NCBI GenBank assembly: GCA_035700225.1
Contig: DASSOT010000003.1
Location: 111 to 64,110, forward strand
DNA length: 64,000 nt
Direction: 5' to 3'
DNA from: Candidatus Saccharimonadales bacterium
Lineage (GTDB): Bacteria; Patescibacteriota; Saccharimonadia; Saccharimonadales; 2-12-FULL-41-12
In this document: positions 34,900-43,995 of the stretch, one piece after another
Layout of the letters: every line of letters starts with the position of its first letter
How positions within the stretch are numbered: the stretch's first letter is position 1
The notes under the pieces: model-generated
The model's input: the letters and a program-made list of their open reading frames with translations, nothing else
Told to the model about the DNA's origin: nothing
Database searches by the model: none
Translations under genes and position numbers: made by a program

Positions 34900-34995
34900 T
34901 TCTCCCTTCGACGGCATTACCCGTACAGGTTCAGAGGGTCACCTAGATAAAAGCTAGGACTCTCAGCCCGGCTGCCCCCGAGCTCCCCTTGAATC
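34900..34995 (-). ncRNA. TPP riboswitch
   Basis: Minus strand GGGGAGC..GCTGAGAG..GACCCT..GAACCTG..GGTAATGCC..CGAAGGGAG; the SD lies within P1. Confidence 0.95.
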
Positions 34996-35027
34996 GTTTA
35001 TTTTACGCGGATATTGTAACATGCGCC

Positions 35028-35702
35028 TCACTCGGGCTGGGCAAAAACGGCGGCGTCGACGGTTTTAGCGCCTGCCGACTTGAGTACTTTTGCCGCTGAT
35101 TCGATGGTCGCCCCGGTAGTGGTTATATCATCGACCAACAATATATGCGCACCGACGGGAAAAACACGGGTACGTACTTTTAATGCTTTTTCAAGATGTT
35201 TGAACCGTTCTTCCCGGCTGGCTCCGACCTGCCTTGAGCTACCCCGGCGTATTAACAGCTTCCTGTGTTCCCAGCCTCTGGCTTTTGCCAGGTGTTCGGC
35301 AATTAGCCGGGCCTGGTCATAGCCTCTTTGCCTGACCCGACTGTCGGCTGTCGGTATGTGGCATATGATGATATCGTCCGGCAACTGAGGCAGTACGCTG
35401 TCGATAGCGCGCGCTACGACCTTTGAGGCGGCTTTAGCGCGGTGAAACTTATATCTGTAAATCAGTTCTTTCACGGTTCCGCCGTATTTGGTGGCAACCC
35501 ATACATGCGCTATCTTTGTGGTTGATTTACAACTTTTGCAAGTCGAGCTTTGTCTGCTCAAGCCGTGGCAACGGAAACAACGGCTCACTACTCCCAGTAA
35601 TGAAGAATTTTCGCAGGACTCGCAGAGAAGTTCTCCGTTTCGCCCGCACACGATACAGTGGTGGGGCGCGATTAACGCTATTGCTTGTTCTATAATATTC
35701 AT
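35028..35702 (-). CDS. comFC: ComF-family competence protein (Zn finger plus PRTase)
   Basis: Four CxxC pairs, RGYDQA and LLVDDITTTGAT. Confidence 0.92.
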   Translation of the reverse strand: MNIIEQAIALIAPHHCIVCGRNGELLCESCENSSLLGVVSRCFRCHGLSRQSSTCKSCKSTTKIAHVWVATKYGGTVKELIYRYKFHRAKAASKVVARAIDSVLPQLPDDIIICHIPTADSRVRQRGYDQARLIAEHLAKARGWEHRKLLIRRGSSRQVGASREERFKHLEKALKVRTRVFPVGAHILLVDDITTTGATIESAAKVLKSAGAKTVDAAVFAQPE

Positions 35703-35867
35703 GCCCGGTTACAGAGGTAAGATTCTTTCAGTTGTAATTATTGTGTTGTAAATAAGTACATATTATGGTTGCGCTTAGTTAAATGTATTCTATACTAGGA
35801 GTAATATAAAAACTCGTTTCCGAACAAAAGAAAAGAAAACAATCTAACAGACACCTCGGAGGGTAAA

Positions 35868-36344
35868 ATGGCGCGAAAAAGTCGCGATCAAGATTTGTTG
35901 ATGGAAGATGAGTTGACTGCAGCATTTCTAGGAGATGATGAAGTTACTTCATCAGCATCAGCAGACACTTCAACACCGCAGGAGGCGGTAGAAGAAGAAT
36001 GGGACGAAGAAGACGCAGTCCCGGGCCAATTGGCTGTAGACGTATACGAAACAAAAGAAAAGCTGATAGTAAAGGCCCGAACAGCCGGCGTCAACAAACA
36101 GGACCTGGACGTAAGCCTATCTGATAACACGCTGAGCATCCGCGGCACTTTGAGCGCCGGCGGGGAAGACCAGGTTGAGAATTACTTCGTACAAGAGTGT
36201 TACTGGGGCGAGTTCAGCCGAAGTATCGCATTGCCGGTACCGGTCAAAGAAGACGAGGTGGAAGCCGTGCTAAAAGACGGTGTCCTAACAATCACCTTCA
36301 CCAAGGTCAATCAGGAAACGGTCAAGAAAATACAAATACAATAA
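35868..36344 (+). CDS. Hsp20/alpha-crystallin small heat-shock protein
   Basis: GQLAVDVYE, ECYWGEFSRSI.LP and AVLKDGVLTI. Confidence 0.92.
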   Translation: MARKSRDQDLLMEDELTAAFLGDDEVTSSASADTSTPQEAVEEEWDEEDAVPGQLAVDVYETKEKLIVKARTAGVNKQDLDVSLSDNTLSIRGTLSAGGEDQVENYFVQECYWGEFSRSIALPVPVKEDEVEAVLKDGVLTITFTKVNQETVKKIQIQ

Positions 36345-36363
36345 GTTGTCTTAAAAAAAAATT

Positions 36364-36392
36364 AAACCTCCCGATTTATGCGGGAGGTTTTT
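36364..36392. terminator. Bidirectional intrinsic terminator
   Basis: AAACCTCCCG-7nt-CGGGAGGTTT between the convergent hsp20 and pilin array. Confidence 0.85.
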
Positions 36393-36416
36393 AGTTTCTT
36401 AGCGGTTACTAAAGTT

Positions 36417-36872
36417 TTAGCTTCCGGGGTTCACTTTGGACAGGACGAATTTGACTATAAGCTGGGCGAAGGCGACTATAACCAGGCCGATGATGGCATA
36501 AAGGATAGTGTTGCGGGCAGACTTGGTGTTTTCAGGGTTGCCGCCGGAAGTCACATAGCGGAAACCGGCATAGATAATCATGATTACCGCCAGTACTCCG
36601 ACTATTACCGAGAAGATATTGAGGGCATCCGCAAGCAACTTATCAATCCCTTTCTCCGGATCGGTGCTGTTGGTTTGATGGCCTTCGGCATCTTTATTAC
36701 AACCCTGGGCTTTGTCGTCAAAGGTGAGATTAGCCCCGCCGCAAATCTTGTGGATGGTGTCTTCCTGCGCCGAAACAGCGGGGGACAGCAAAAGAAAAAC
36801 TGCAAAAAGCGCTGACAATATAAGACCGAGTCTGGTGAGCGGGTTGAGGACTGGAGCTGATTGCATATTCAT
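36417..36872 (-). CDS. VirB2/TrbC-like pilin 9
   Basis: Signal peptide, Cys loop and IIYAGFRYVTSGGNPE..ARNTILYAIIGL. Confidence 0.85.
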   Translation of the reverse strand: MNMQSAPVLNPLTRLGLILSALFAVFLLLSPAVSAQEDTIHKICGGANLTFDDKAQGCNKDAEGHQTNSTDPEKGIDKLLADALNIFSVIVGVLAVIMIIYAGFRYVTSGGNPENTKSARNTILYAIIGLVIVAFAQLIVKFVLSKVNPGS

Positions 36873-36880
36873 AATGTTAT

Positions 36881-37318
36881 CTAGGCTATCTTGCTTAATA
36901 CAAATTTTACTATCACCTGGGCAAAAGCGACTATTAACAAGCCGACCAGGGCATAAATAATGGCGTTCCTGGCGGCTTTCGTGTTCTCCGGGTTGCCGCC
37001 GGAGGTTACCATCCGGAAACCGCCGTAGATTATCATGATTACGGATATGATTCCTACGATTATCGAAATTATATCCACGACATTGTTTATCAATCTAGTT
37101 ATCTTGGACTCAGCCGCTACATTGACGGGGTTCCCGTGTTCGTCGGTTTCATGCACCTGGCACTGCCCGTCGGCTCCTGTGAACTGAAAATCTGCTCCGG
37201 TACAGAGCTGTCCTACGCCCGCGGCCGATGTTTTCGGCGCCATCATCAGGGCGAACGCCAACAATAGGCCGGATAACAGCAATGTAATCTTTTTGAGGCT
37301 GATAGTTTGTGTAAACAT
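36881..37318 (-). CDS. VirB2/TrbC-like pilin 8
   Basis: IIYGGFRMVTSGGNPE..ARNAIIYALVGL. Confidence 0.85.
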   Translation of the reverse strand: MFTQTISLKKITLLLSGLLLAFALMMAPKTSAAGVGQLCTGADFQFTGADGQCQVHETDEHGNPVNVAAESKITRLINNVVDIISIIVGIISVIMIIYGGFRMVTSGGNPENTKAARNAIIYALVGLLIVAFAQVIVKFVLSKIA

Positions 37319-37335
37319 ATTTTTATCTTATAGGT

Positions 37336-37764
37336 TTATGAGTTGCCCGTAGCTTTGGCCAGGACGAATTTGACGATGAATTGCGCTAATGCCACTATCA
37401 CCAGACCGATTATGGCGTATAGGATGGTGTTTTTCGCGGTAGATATATTGCCGGATTCGCCGCCGGAAGTCACATAACGGAAACCGCCGTAGATTATCAT
37501 AATCACACAGACTACACCGACGATTACGGAGAAGATATTGATGACTCTTGCGACAAGAGTGTTCGCATTATCACCGGCATCCGCCGTCGAGGTCTTACAT
37601 GTGTTTGAGCTTGCATCGTCGGCCAGGTTCAAATCCGCGCCCTGGCAAGTAGAGTCAGTAATCAGGGGCGTATCAGCCGCCATAGCTACGGCAGGGACTC
37701 CGCCGAGTATCAACAAAAGCCCGGCGCTGGTGACAGCTATCAATCTTTTTATTTTGTTTATCAT
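37336..37764 (-). CDS. VirB2/TrbC-like pilin 7
   Basis: IIYGGFRYVTSGGES..AKNTILYAIIGL. Confidence 0.85.
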   Translation of the reverse strand: MINKIKRLIAVTSAGLLLILGGVPAVAMAADTPLITDSTCQGADLNLADDASSNTCKTSTADAGDNANTLVARVINIFSVIVGVVCVIMIIYGGFRYVTSGGESGNISTAKNTILYAIIGLVIVALAQFIVKFVLAKATGNS

Positions 37765-37802
37765 TTCTTTTTTCCTTTCGCTAAACGCTTTATCTTTAGC
37801 CT

Positions 37803-38267
37803 TTACGATCCTGTGGCCTTGGACAGGACGAACTTAACGATGAATTGCGCTAATGCTACAATTACTAGTCCTACAATAGCATATAATATCGTATTTTTGG
37901 CAGAAGAAACATTACCGGAATCCCCGCCGGAAGTCACATAACGGAAACCGCCGACGATTATCATTATCACGGCGACTACGCCGACTACCACGGAGAATAA
38001 ATTCACTATCGTTGCTATCAAGTCATTAAGTTTGTTTTCCGGTTCGTTGCCGGTGAAAGCACAGGCATCAGGCGAAACCTGGCCGGTAGGGAATTTCAGC
38101 TCCGCGCCCTGGCAGGTTGAAGCTTGTATGTTGGGGGTTTCCTGCTGAGGATCAGCCTGCGGCTGTTGGGCCGCAACCAAGCCCCCTGCGCCGAAAAAAA
38201 CCGCGAACATAGCCAGGCTGGCGATGAGATATGTGCTTCTTTGTAATGTTCTTCTGATTATTTCCAT
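37803..38267 (-). CDS. VirB2/TrbC-like pilin 6
   Basis: IIVGGFRYVTSGGDS..AKNTILYAIVGL. Confidence 0.85.
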   Translation of the reverse strand: MEIIRRTLQRSTYLIASLAMFAVFFGAGGLVAAQQPQADPQQETPNIQASTCQGAELKFPTGQVSPDACAFTGNEPENKLNDLIATIVNLFSVVVGVVAVIMIIVGGFRYVTSGGDSGNVSSAKNTILYAIVGLVIVALAQFIVKFVLSKATGS

Positions 38268-38332
38268 GAATCGTCCTGATTTAACTATTTTCTATCATAT
38301 AACGCGCACATTATTGTCACAATGAATTTTCC

Positions 38333-38743
38333 CTAGGCTATCTTGGTTAACACAAGCTTGACTATTATCTGAGCGAAGCCGACGATAATCAAACCGACCA
38401 AGGCATAGATAAAGGTATTCCTAGCTGAGGTAATCTGGTTTGAGTCTCCTGCCGCTGTAACGAATCGGATGCCGCTGATAATAATCATGATTACACATAT
38501 CAGGCCGACGATTATCGTCAGCAGATTTATTACCTTGTCCACCGTACCGCCAAGCCCTTGACTGCTTGTCTTCAGCTTGTCCTGGTCACAATGGCCGCTT
38601 CCATCCCCTACGCCAACAGTGACGCAAGCTTCATCCTTAGCTCCGCTGTATAAGGCGTGCGCACTGCCGCCAAAAAAGGGAAGGGCCAAGCCCAAGGAGA
38701 GAACGGTTAGAAGCGCGATATTTTTTAATTTTTGAACAATCAT
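38333..38743 (-). CDS. VirB2/TrbC-like pilin 5
   Basis: IISGIRFVTAAGDS..ARNTFIYALVGL. Confidence 0.85.
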   Translation of the reverse strand: MIVQKLKNIALLTVLSLGLALPFFGGSAHALYSGAKDEACVTVGVGDGSGHCDQDKLKTSSQGLGGTVDKVINLLTIIVGLICVIMIIISGIRFVTAAGDSNQITSARNTFIYALVGLIIVGFAQIIVKLVLTKIA

Positions 38744-38761
38744 ATGCGTTTTGAACTCATT

Positions 38762-39175
38762 TTACACCCCGATTTTGAATAAGACCAGTCTGACCAGAGC
38801 CTGCGCGATGGCGGCTAAAACAAGTCCGATTATGGCGTACTGGATATATTCGCGCGCTTTGCCGACATCCTCCGGATTATTTCCGGACGTGGCAAGCTTT
38901 ATACCGGCCCAGATTATACTGACTACCGCGGCAAGCCCCGTTATTAAGGTAATGAGATCTACCACCTTGTTGATAATACCGTTCGGCCCGTATATCGGGT
39001 TACCGCCTTCGCTACTGTCTTTGCATGGCGCCGAGTCAGCCGCAGGGCCTACGTTCGCCTGATTGCAAATATCATCGTAAAGCTTTACGCCCGGGCCTGC
39101 CGCATAAGAAGTATACGCCGGCAGTAGGAGCGCGCTTAAAACCAATATGCCTGCAAAAAATTTTTTATACATCAC
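38762..39175 (-). CDS. VirB2/TrbC-like pilin 4
   Basis: IIWAGIKLATSGNNPE..AREYIQYAIIGL. Confidence 0.85.
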   Translation of the reverse strand: MMYKKFFAGILVLSALLLPAYTSYAAGPGVKLYDDICNQANVGPAADSAPCKDSSEGGNPIYGPNGIINKVVDLITLITGLAAVVSIIWAGIKLATSGNNPEDVGKAREYIQYAIIGLVLAAIAQALVRLVLFKIGV

Positions 39176-39591
39176 AACCTGCCTATGACCGTTATTATTA
39201 TGGCTTCCGCGCTAAGCGCTATGACCAGACCCAGGAGAGAAAAAACTATGGCTTGTTTGGAGCGGGAAATCTTTTCCGTATCAGTAGACGCAGTGGTATA
39301 GTTGAACGCCGCTATCGCAAGAGAGATGAGCGCCACGCCGGCCGCTACGCCGAACACTATCCTCATGCCGTTTTGAAGCTGATCGTTGTCTCCGCTGACC
39401 TTTGGCAGGGCGGTCAGACAATTTTGGTTGGGATTGAATGCGTTCGAATCATTGGTAGAGCAGTTGGTTACATCTATACGATCCGCCGCGGCATGTACGT
39501 TTTGCGACGCAGTAAAAATTGAAATAAATGCTACGGCAATCAAGCATATGAGTAGCATAACCAGCTTGCGCGAAGATAACTTGGCAATCAT
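39172..39591 (-). CDS. VirB2/TrbC-like pilin 3
   Basis: AAFNYTTASTD..SKQAIVFSLLGL. Confidence 0.8.
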   Translation of the reverse strand: MIAKLSSRKLVMLLICLIAVAFISIFTASQNVHAAADRIDVTNCSTNDSNAFNPNQNCLTALPKVSGDNDQLQNGMRIVFGVAAGVALISLAIAAFNYTTASTDTEKISRSKQAIVFSLLGLVIALSAEAIIITVIGRL

Positions 39592-39971
39592 TGCGTGAAC
39601 CTCCCGGCAAAGAAACTTACGGCAGACGTCGCTACCAAGGCTATTATAAGACCGGTCAATGCATCTATGAGAGTACTCTTGGCCTTTGTGACCTTGTCGC
39701 TGTTACCGCGCGATTCGCTGTATTTGATACCGGCGAATATTACGTAGCCTAAGGCTACCAGCACGGCGATGCGGGTAAGTATTTCTATGACGGCCAAGCC
39801 TATCAGCCACAGGTCATTTATGCCGTTAAGCCTGGGCGTACAGCTGTTGACAGGATCGCTTGGCAAGTATTTGACGTCCAGATATTCGAACCAGGGCGGT
39901 ATGCCCAGGAAGCTTCTGATGCATTCTTTGTCGGCTACCGCGAAAGTGCTTATCCAGGATATAAGGTTCAT
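39588..39971 (-). CDS. VirB2/TrbC-like pilin 2
   Basis: FLGIPPWFEYL and IFAGIKYSESRGNS..AKSTLIDALTGL. Confidence 0.8.
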   Translation of the reverse strand: MNLISWISTFAVADKECIRSFLGIPPWFEYLDVKYLPSDPVNSCTPRLNGINDLWLIGLAVIEILTRIAVLVALGYVIFAGIKYSESRGNSDKVTKAKSTLIDALTGLIIALVATSAVSFFAGRFTQ

Positions 39972-40546
39972 GTCTTAAACAAGCCTCCCGGTATCAGATA
40001 TTGCAATATGGAAAATGCGAAGATGTAGATAGCCAGGCCGATGACCGCATACTGGGCCCGCTGTTTGGCGCTTTGGCTGTTTTCGGGGTTGCCTTCAGCC
40101 ATACTGTATTGCAGGCCGGCGAGTATCAGCGAAACCGTTATGACAATACCGATTCCAACCGAAGCGAACCGGATAAGTGCAAACACCAGGTCTTGGATTG
40201 GCCCGAGGTTCGCCGGACCGTTTTTGCCCAGACAGCCGAAATTAAATTTGGTCTTGACGTTTCTGGACTGGTCGTCGAGATTGCCGCACTGGTAATTGCC
40301 TTTCTGGCCAGCGCCCTCTATGGTGAATTTGTTTATCACATCGGCTTTACAGCCACCGGGGTCATCGCTGTCGGCACAATTATCGAATGCTTTCTTGCAT
40401 TTGTCGGCATCATAAATAAAGTCGCCATTACAGTCCGACCTTCTGGCGGCGGCGTCCGTCTTAGCAGACAAGAACAATACTGGCGCAACAAACACCATTA
40501 GAAAGAAACTTGTCAGGACTATTTTCTTTACGGCTAAGGTTTGCAT
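39968..40546 (-). CDS. VirB2/TrbC-like pilin 1 (Cys-rich, extended)
   Basis: Six Cys; LAGLQYSMAEGNPE..AKQRAQYAVIGL. Confidence 0.8.
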   Translation of the reverse strand: MQTLAVKKIVLTSFFLMVFVAPVLFLSAKTDAAARRSDCNGDFIYDADKCKKAFDNCADSDDPGGCKADVINKFTIEGAGQKGNYQCGNLDDQSRNVKTKFNFGCLGKNGPANLGPIQDLVFALIRFASVGIGIVITVSLILAGLQYSMAEGNPENSQSAKQRAQYAVIGLAIYIFAFSILQYLIPGGLFKT

Positions 40547-40717
40547 GGTTTATTTGTTTTTAGTGGTCGTTACAGCTTAATTATGACCTTTATGTTTATG
40601 TTTAGCAAGCTGGCACGGGTATTTATTTAGGTATCGACTTTTTAGCTTAAGTGTTTTATGCTCATTAAAGAAGAGTAGTCTTCCTTGATTATTCATCGTC
40701 AAAAACATAAAAAGAAC

Positions 40718-42019
40718 ATGAACAAAAAAATAACAAAAAGTCTGTTTGGCCGAGCTTCTGTCATGTTGCTCGCTTTTGTTTTTTTTGGTTCTATTCTTAC
40801 TTCGCTGTTTTTCTTCTCCCCCCCTGTAGCCGCCGACAATAGCGGTACAGGTACGTTTGAGTACAAAGACATACACAATGAAACCATAATAGAGGTCAGG
40901 GGCGGTGATACGCAGGAATATCATAAAAGCACCGGCGGCAATGGCGTATACAACGGCGGGGGTGCTGAAGGTTTTGACGGGTGTACGGCCTGGATTCAGA
41001 CCAACAGCCATAAATACGACGGTGATACGCATGCCAAATGGTGGGCCGGGTGTCTAGGCGGGCCCGACAAAACTCCTACCGAGCCGGGTAAAAAATCCAT
41101 CACCATAAAGGCGGCACACAACTATACCGGGGACTGGATAGACCATAGCCACATAAAAGTCGGCGGCACCATTTATTACGACAACCACATAGACGACACG
41201 CTCGATTTCAAAGCTACAAACCAGAATAATGGTTGTGATACGAACGTCATTAACGGCTTTCCTGAGTCCGACGGGGGTGACATAACCAACGCCCCGGCCG
41301 CCGAGATAACCATTAACAAGCCTGTCAGCGCAACCAACAATAACTGCGTTCAGACTAAGCACCCCGTATATTTCAATAACACACAAAATTTTGCAATCTA
41401 TTTCATGTGGGTGGACGCAGGAACCATACAGACCTCCGATAGGACAGCCATGGTTTACGTGCAGAACGGCGGGGGCGGGCCTTATCTGGATAACGGTAGC
41501 GGGCGCAGTAGTGATTCCAGTTGTCTATCCCAGATAGTACCGGATAGCGTCGGCTCAAGACATGGAACCTTAATCCTGCGCAATAGCGACGGTAATCCTT
41601 TTTCAAGCGGATTCAGCCCGCAGATATCCGGCGTTGATTTTCATGATCACGGAGGGTGCAAAGTAAGTGACCCTTTGCGCGTGAACATAGGCGGTAATGT
41701 GAACGCATCGAAGCCGCCCGGTAGTGGAGATGCCGGCGGAGCCGATGCCGGAGATGCCGGCGGAAACATAACCGACTGCGATACCGAGCTCACCTCGCCA
41801 TTAAGCTGGATATTATGCCCGCTGATAGACATAGGCTCCAATGTTTCTGATTTTGTCTTCAACGACCTGGCCAAACCGTTGCTTAGCGACATACCTATAA
41901 GCACCAAGCGGGACAACGGCACCTACAGAGCCTGGCAAGGCTTCAGGTTTTTAGCTAACATCATGCTTATCGGGTCCATGCTGGCGATAGTTTACGCCCA
42001 AGCGAGGGGGGAGAAGTAA
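40718..42019 (+). CDS. N-terminal part of a VirB6/TrbL-like protein (large extracytoplasmic domain plus first TM)
   Basis: Signal peptide, Cys-containing domain, LSWILCP and AWQGFRFLAN motif at the C-terminus. Confidence 0.65.
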   Translation: MNKKITKSLFGRASVMLLAFVFFGSILTSLFFFSPPVAADNSGTGTFEYKDIHNETIIEVRGGDTQEYHKSTGGNGVYNGGGAEGFDGCTAWIQTNSHKYDGDTHAKWWAGCLGGPDKTPTEPGKKSITIKAAHNYTGDWIDHSHIKVGGTIYYDNHIDDTLDFKATNQNNGCDTNVINGFPESDGGDITNAPAAEITINKPVSATNNNCVQTKHPVYFNNTQNFAIYFMWVDAGTIQTSDRTAMVYVQNGGGGPYLDNGSGRSSDSSCLSQIVPDSVGSRHGTLILRNSDGNPFSSGFSPQISGVDFHDHGGCKVSDPLRVNIGGNVNASKPPGSGDAGGADAGDAGGNITDCDTELTSPLSWILCPLIDIGSNVSDFVFNDLAKPLLSDIPISTKRDNGTYRAWQGFRFLANIMLIGSMLAIVYAQARGEK

Positions 42020-43947
42020 TGTTAGACTCCTATACAATTAGAAAAATAGTCCCGCGCCTGGCCCTGGCCGTAATCGGTGTGAACCTGTCCATATATCTCT
42101 GCCTGGCGGCGGTTGACGTCACAAATATCATCGGAGGCGGTTTGGGCGACCTTATACGCACGCCCTTCGTGGACAGCGGCAGTTTCGGCAGTATCGGTAT
42201 AGAGAAAAACGCGCTCAATGGCATCGTCGGTGCCGTCGGGGCCGGGTTGATGGCGGCCATAGTTACTGCCGTCGTAGCGCTGGGGTTGACAGCTTCATTC
42301 ATAATAGTCGGCCTCGGTATGTTGCTTTTGGCCAGTGCTGTCGTCGTACTTGTCGCGATAGCTGTTCTGGCCACGCTCGTACTCAGATACGGTGCGATAA
42401 TCTTCCTAAGCATAGTTTCACCGATAGCCATCGCTTGCCTGGTCCTGCCGGGAACAGAAAAATACTTTAAGACCTGGTGGGATTTTTACCTTAAAACGCT
42501 GATTGTCTATCCTATCATCGCGGCTATATTCGCCATCTCCGATGTCTTGGGGGCAATATTCTTAAGCACCCAGGCCTCCGTAAATAACCTGAGCAGTCTG
42601 GTTTCCATATTCGTCGTGCTGGCGGCCATGTACGCGCCTCTTTTCATGATTCCGTTTTCATTCAAGATGGCCGGCGGGTTCCTGGGCAACTTCTACGACT
42701 TCCTTAACACACAAGGGGTCAACCGGGTGCGCGAAAAGCTCAACAAATGGAAAGAAGACCCGGAAAGCTGGTACGCCCAGAACAAGCAACGCCTGCATGA
42801 CCAAAAATATGAAAAAGGTTTCACGGCCAAGCAGATAGCCAGCGGTACGATAGCCGGTGGAAGAAGCTTCATGAGAGGCCAGGGGTTTAGAGCCGCTTAC
42901 GGCGGTAAGTCCAGGGCACTCGGCGCGCAGAAGATACTCGCCGCCGCTAAACAGGCTCAGGAGCGCGAAATCATGGCAACAATCCAGGGCGATGACGATA
43001 TCGGTGAAGCCCTTTATGCAGGTGGTAGCCGGCAGGAAATAGCCAATGCTTTAATGAAGGCGAACTCAACCCGCTTCGGCGACATAAATGACCCTTCCAA
43101 GCATACTGCCGAGCAGTTGAGAGAGCGCGAGGAAGCCATAGCGCTGGTGCAAAGCGCTCAGGGCATGATGGGCAACAGCGTACGAAAGTTTGTTGCCGGA
43201 CACGAAATAGCAAGCTCTACCACCGGCTTCAACAAGGCCGGCGGCGTAGAGCTATTCCAAAAAGCCCAAGGCGTGGGCGATTCCGAAATGCTCAGGATGC
43301 GCTCGATGATAGACATGAAAGGCGAGCAGAAGAAGTTAAACCGTCTGGATTCCGGCGGGTACAGTACATCCAAGGCTCTTAACCTGAGGAAAGAATACGC
43401 CGCCGGTACCGGCGACTTTGCCGGTCTTAACCAGGCGCAAAGGGACACTTTACTGGAAGAGAAACTGCTTGATTCCGCTATCGAAAAGAACAGCCCGTCG
43501 GCGCTGGCCACCATGGACCACAATGGTATGAAGCGCGTGTCCCAGCGTATAGGCCATAGGCTTAACCAAGCCCGCATGATCGAGGATCCTGAAGAGCGCG
43601 CCAAAGCAATCGAGCTGGAAACTGCCCATTTAGCCGCCTTGCGCGATGCACTTAACTACGCCTCCAACGAAAACCGCACTGACTTGGTAGACGATGTTTA
43701 CTCCACTTCTGTCGAAGGAATGTCTATACAAGTCAAGAAAAGGGACGAGCTTGGTAATGTCATGAAGGATGCAGAGGGCAATGAAATTATGGAAACCAGA
43801 GCGCCGAACGTAAGAGAGCTTGTACAGTTAATGGATTCTGGCAAAGGTCTATTTAGCACCTATGATGACGCCCACAGGGGCTATGGTTCTAGTGAATTGG
43901 ATGAGCGGCACAGGATGGACGATATTATGCGACCTCCGGGTGGATAA
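42019..43947 (+). CDS. VirB6/TrbL-like polytopic membrane protein (C-terminal part)
   Basis: IRKIVPRL..VNLS, SPIAIACLVLPGTEKYFKTWW and a charged cytoplasmic tail. Confidence 0.75.
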   Translation: MLDSYTIRKIVPRLALAVIGVNLSIYLCLAAVDVTNIIGGGLGDLIRTPFVDSGSFGSIGIEKNALNGIVGAVGAGLMAAIVTAVVALGLTASFIIVGLGMLLLASAVVVLVAIAVLATLVLRYGAIIFLSIVSPIAIACLVLPGTEKYFKTWWDFYLKTLIVYPIIAAIFAISDVLGAIFLSTQASVNNLSSLVSIFVVLAAMYAPLFMIPFSFKMAGGFLGNFYDFLNTQGVNRVREKLNKWKEDPESWYAQNKQRLHDQKYEKGFTAKQIASGTIAGGRSFMRGQGFRAAYGGKSRALGAQKILAAAKQAQEREIMATIQGDDDIGEALYAGGSRQEIANALMKANSTRFGDINDPSKHTAEQLREREEAIALVQSAQGMMGNSVRKFVAGHEIASSTTGFNKAGGVELFQKAQGVGDSEMLRMRSMIDMKGEQKKLNRLDSGGYSTSKALNLRKEYAAGTGDFAGLNQAQRDTLLEEKLLDSAIEKNSPSALATMDHNGMKRVSQRIGHRLNQARMIEDPEERAKAIELETAHLAALRDALNYASNENRTDLVDDVYSTSVEGMSIQVKKRDELGNVMKDAEGNEIMETRAPNVRELVQLMDSGKGLFSTYDDAHRGYGSSELDERHRMDDIMRPPGG

Positions 43948-43995
43948 GACATATCCTTATTTGACAAAATAACAAAAATATAAAATTATAACAAT

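Noticed and set aside
34897-34917. Upstream ATG (MPSKGEQ) for the ThiY-like gene
   Set aside because: It falls inside the TPP aptamer; the ATG at 34896 has the SD and begins the signal anchor
36417-40546. CRISPR-like or DGR-like repeats in the pilin array
   Set aside because: The repeats are coding paralogy; there are no regular spacers, cas genes, reverse transcriptase or adenine-specific TR/VR pair
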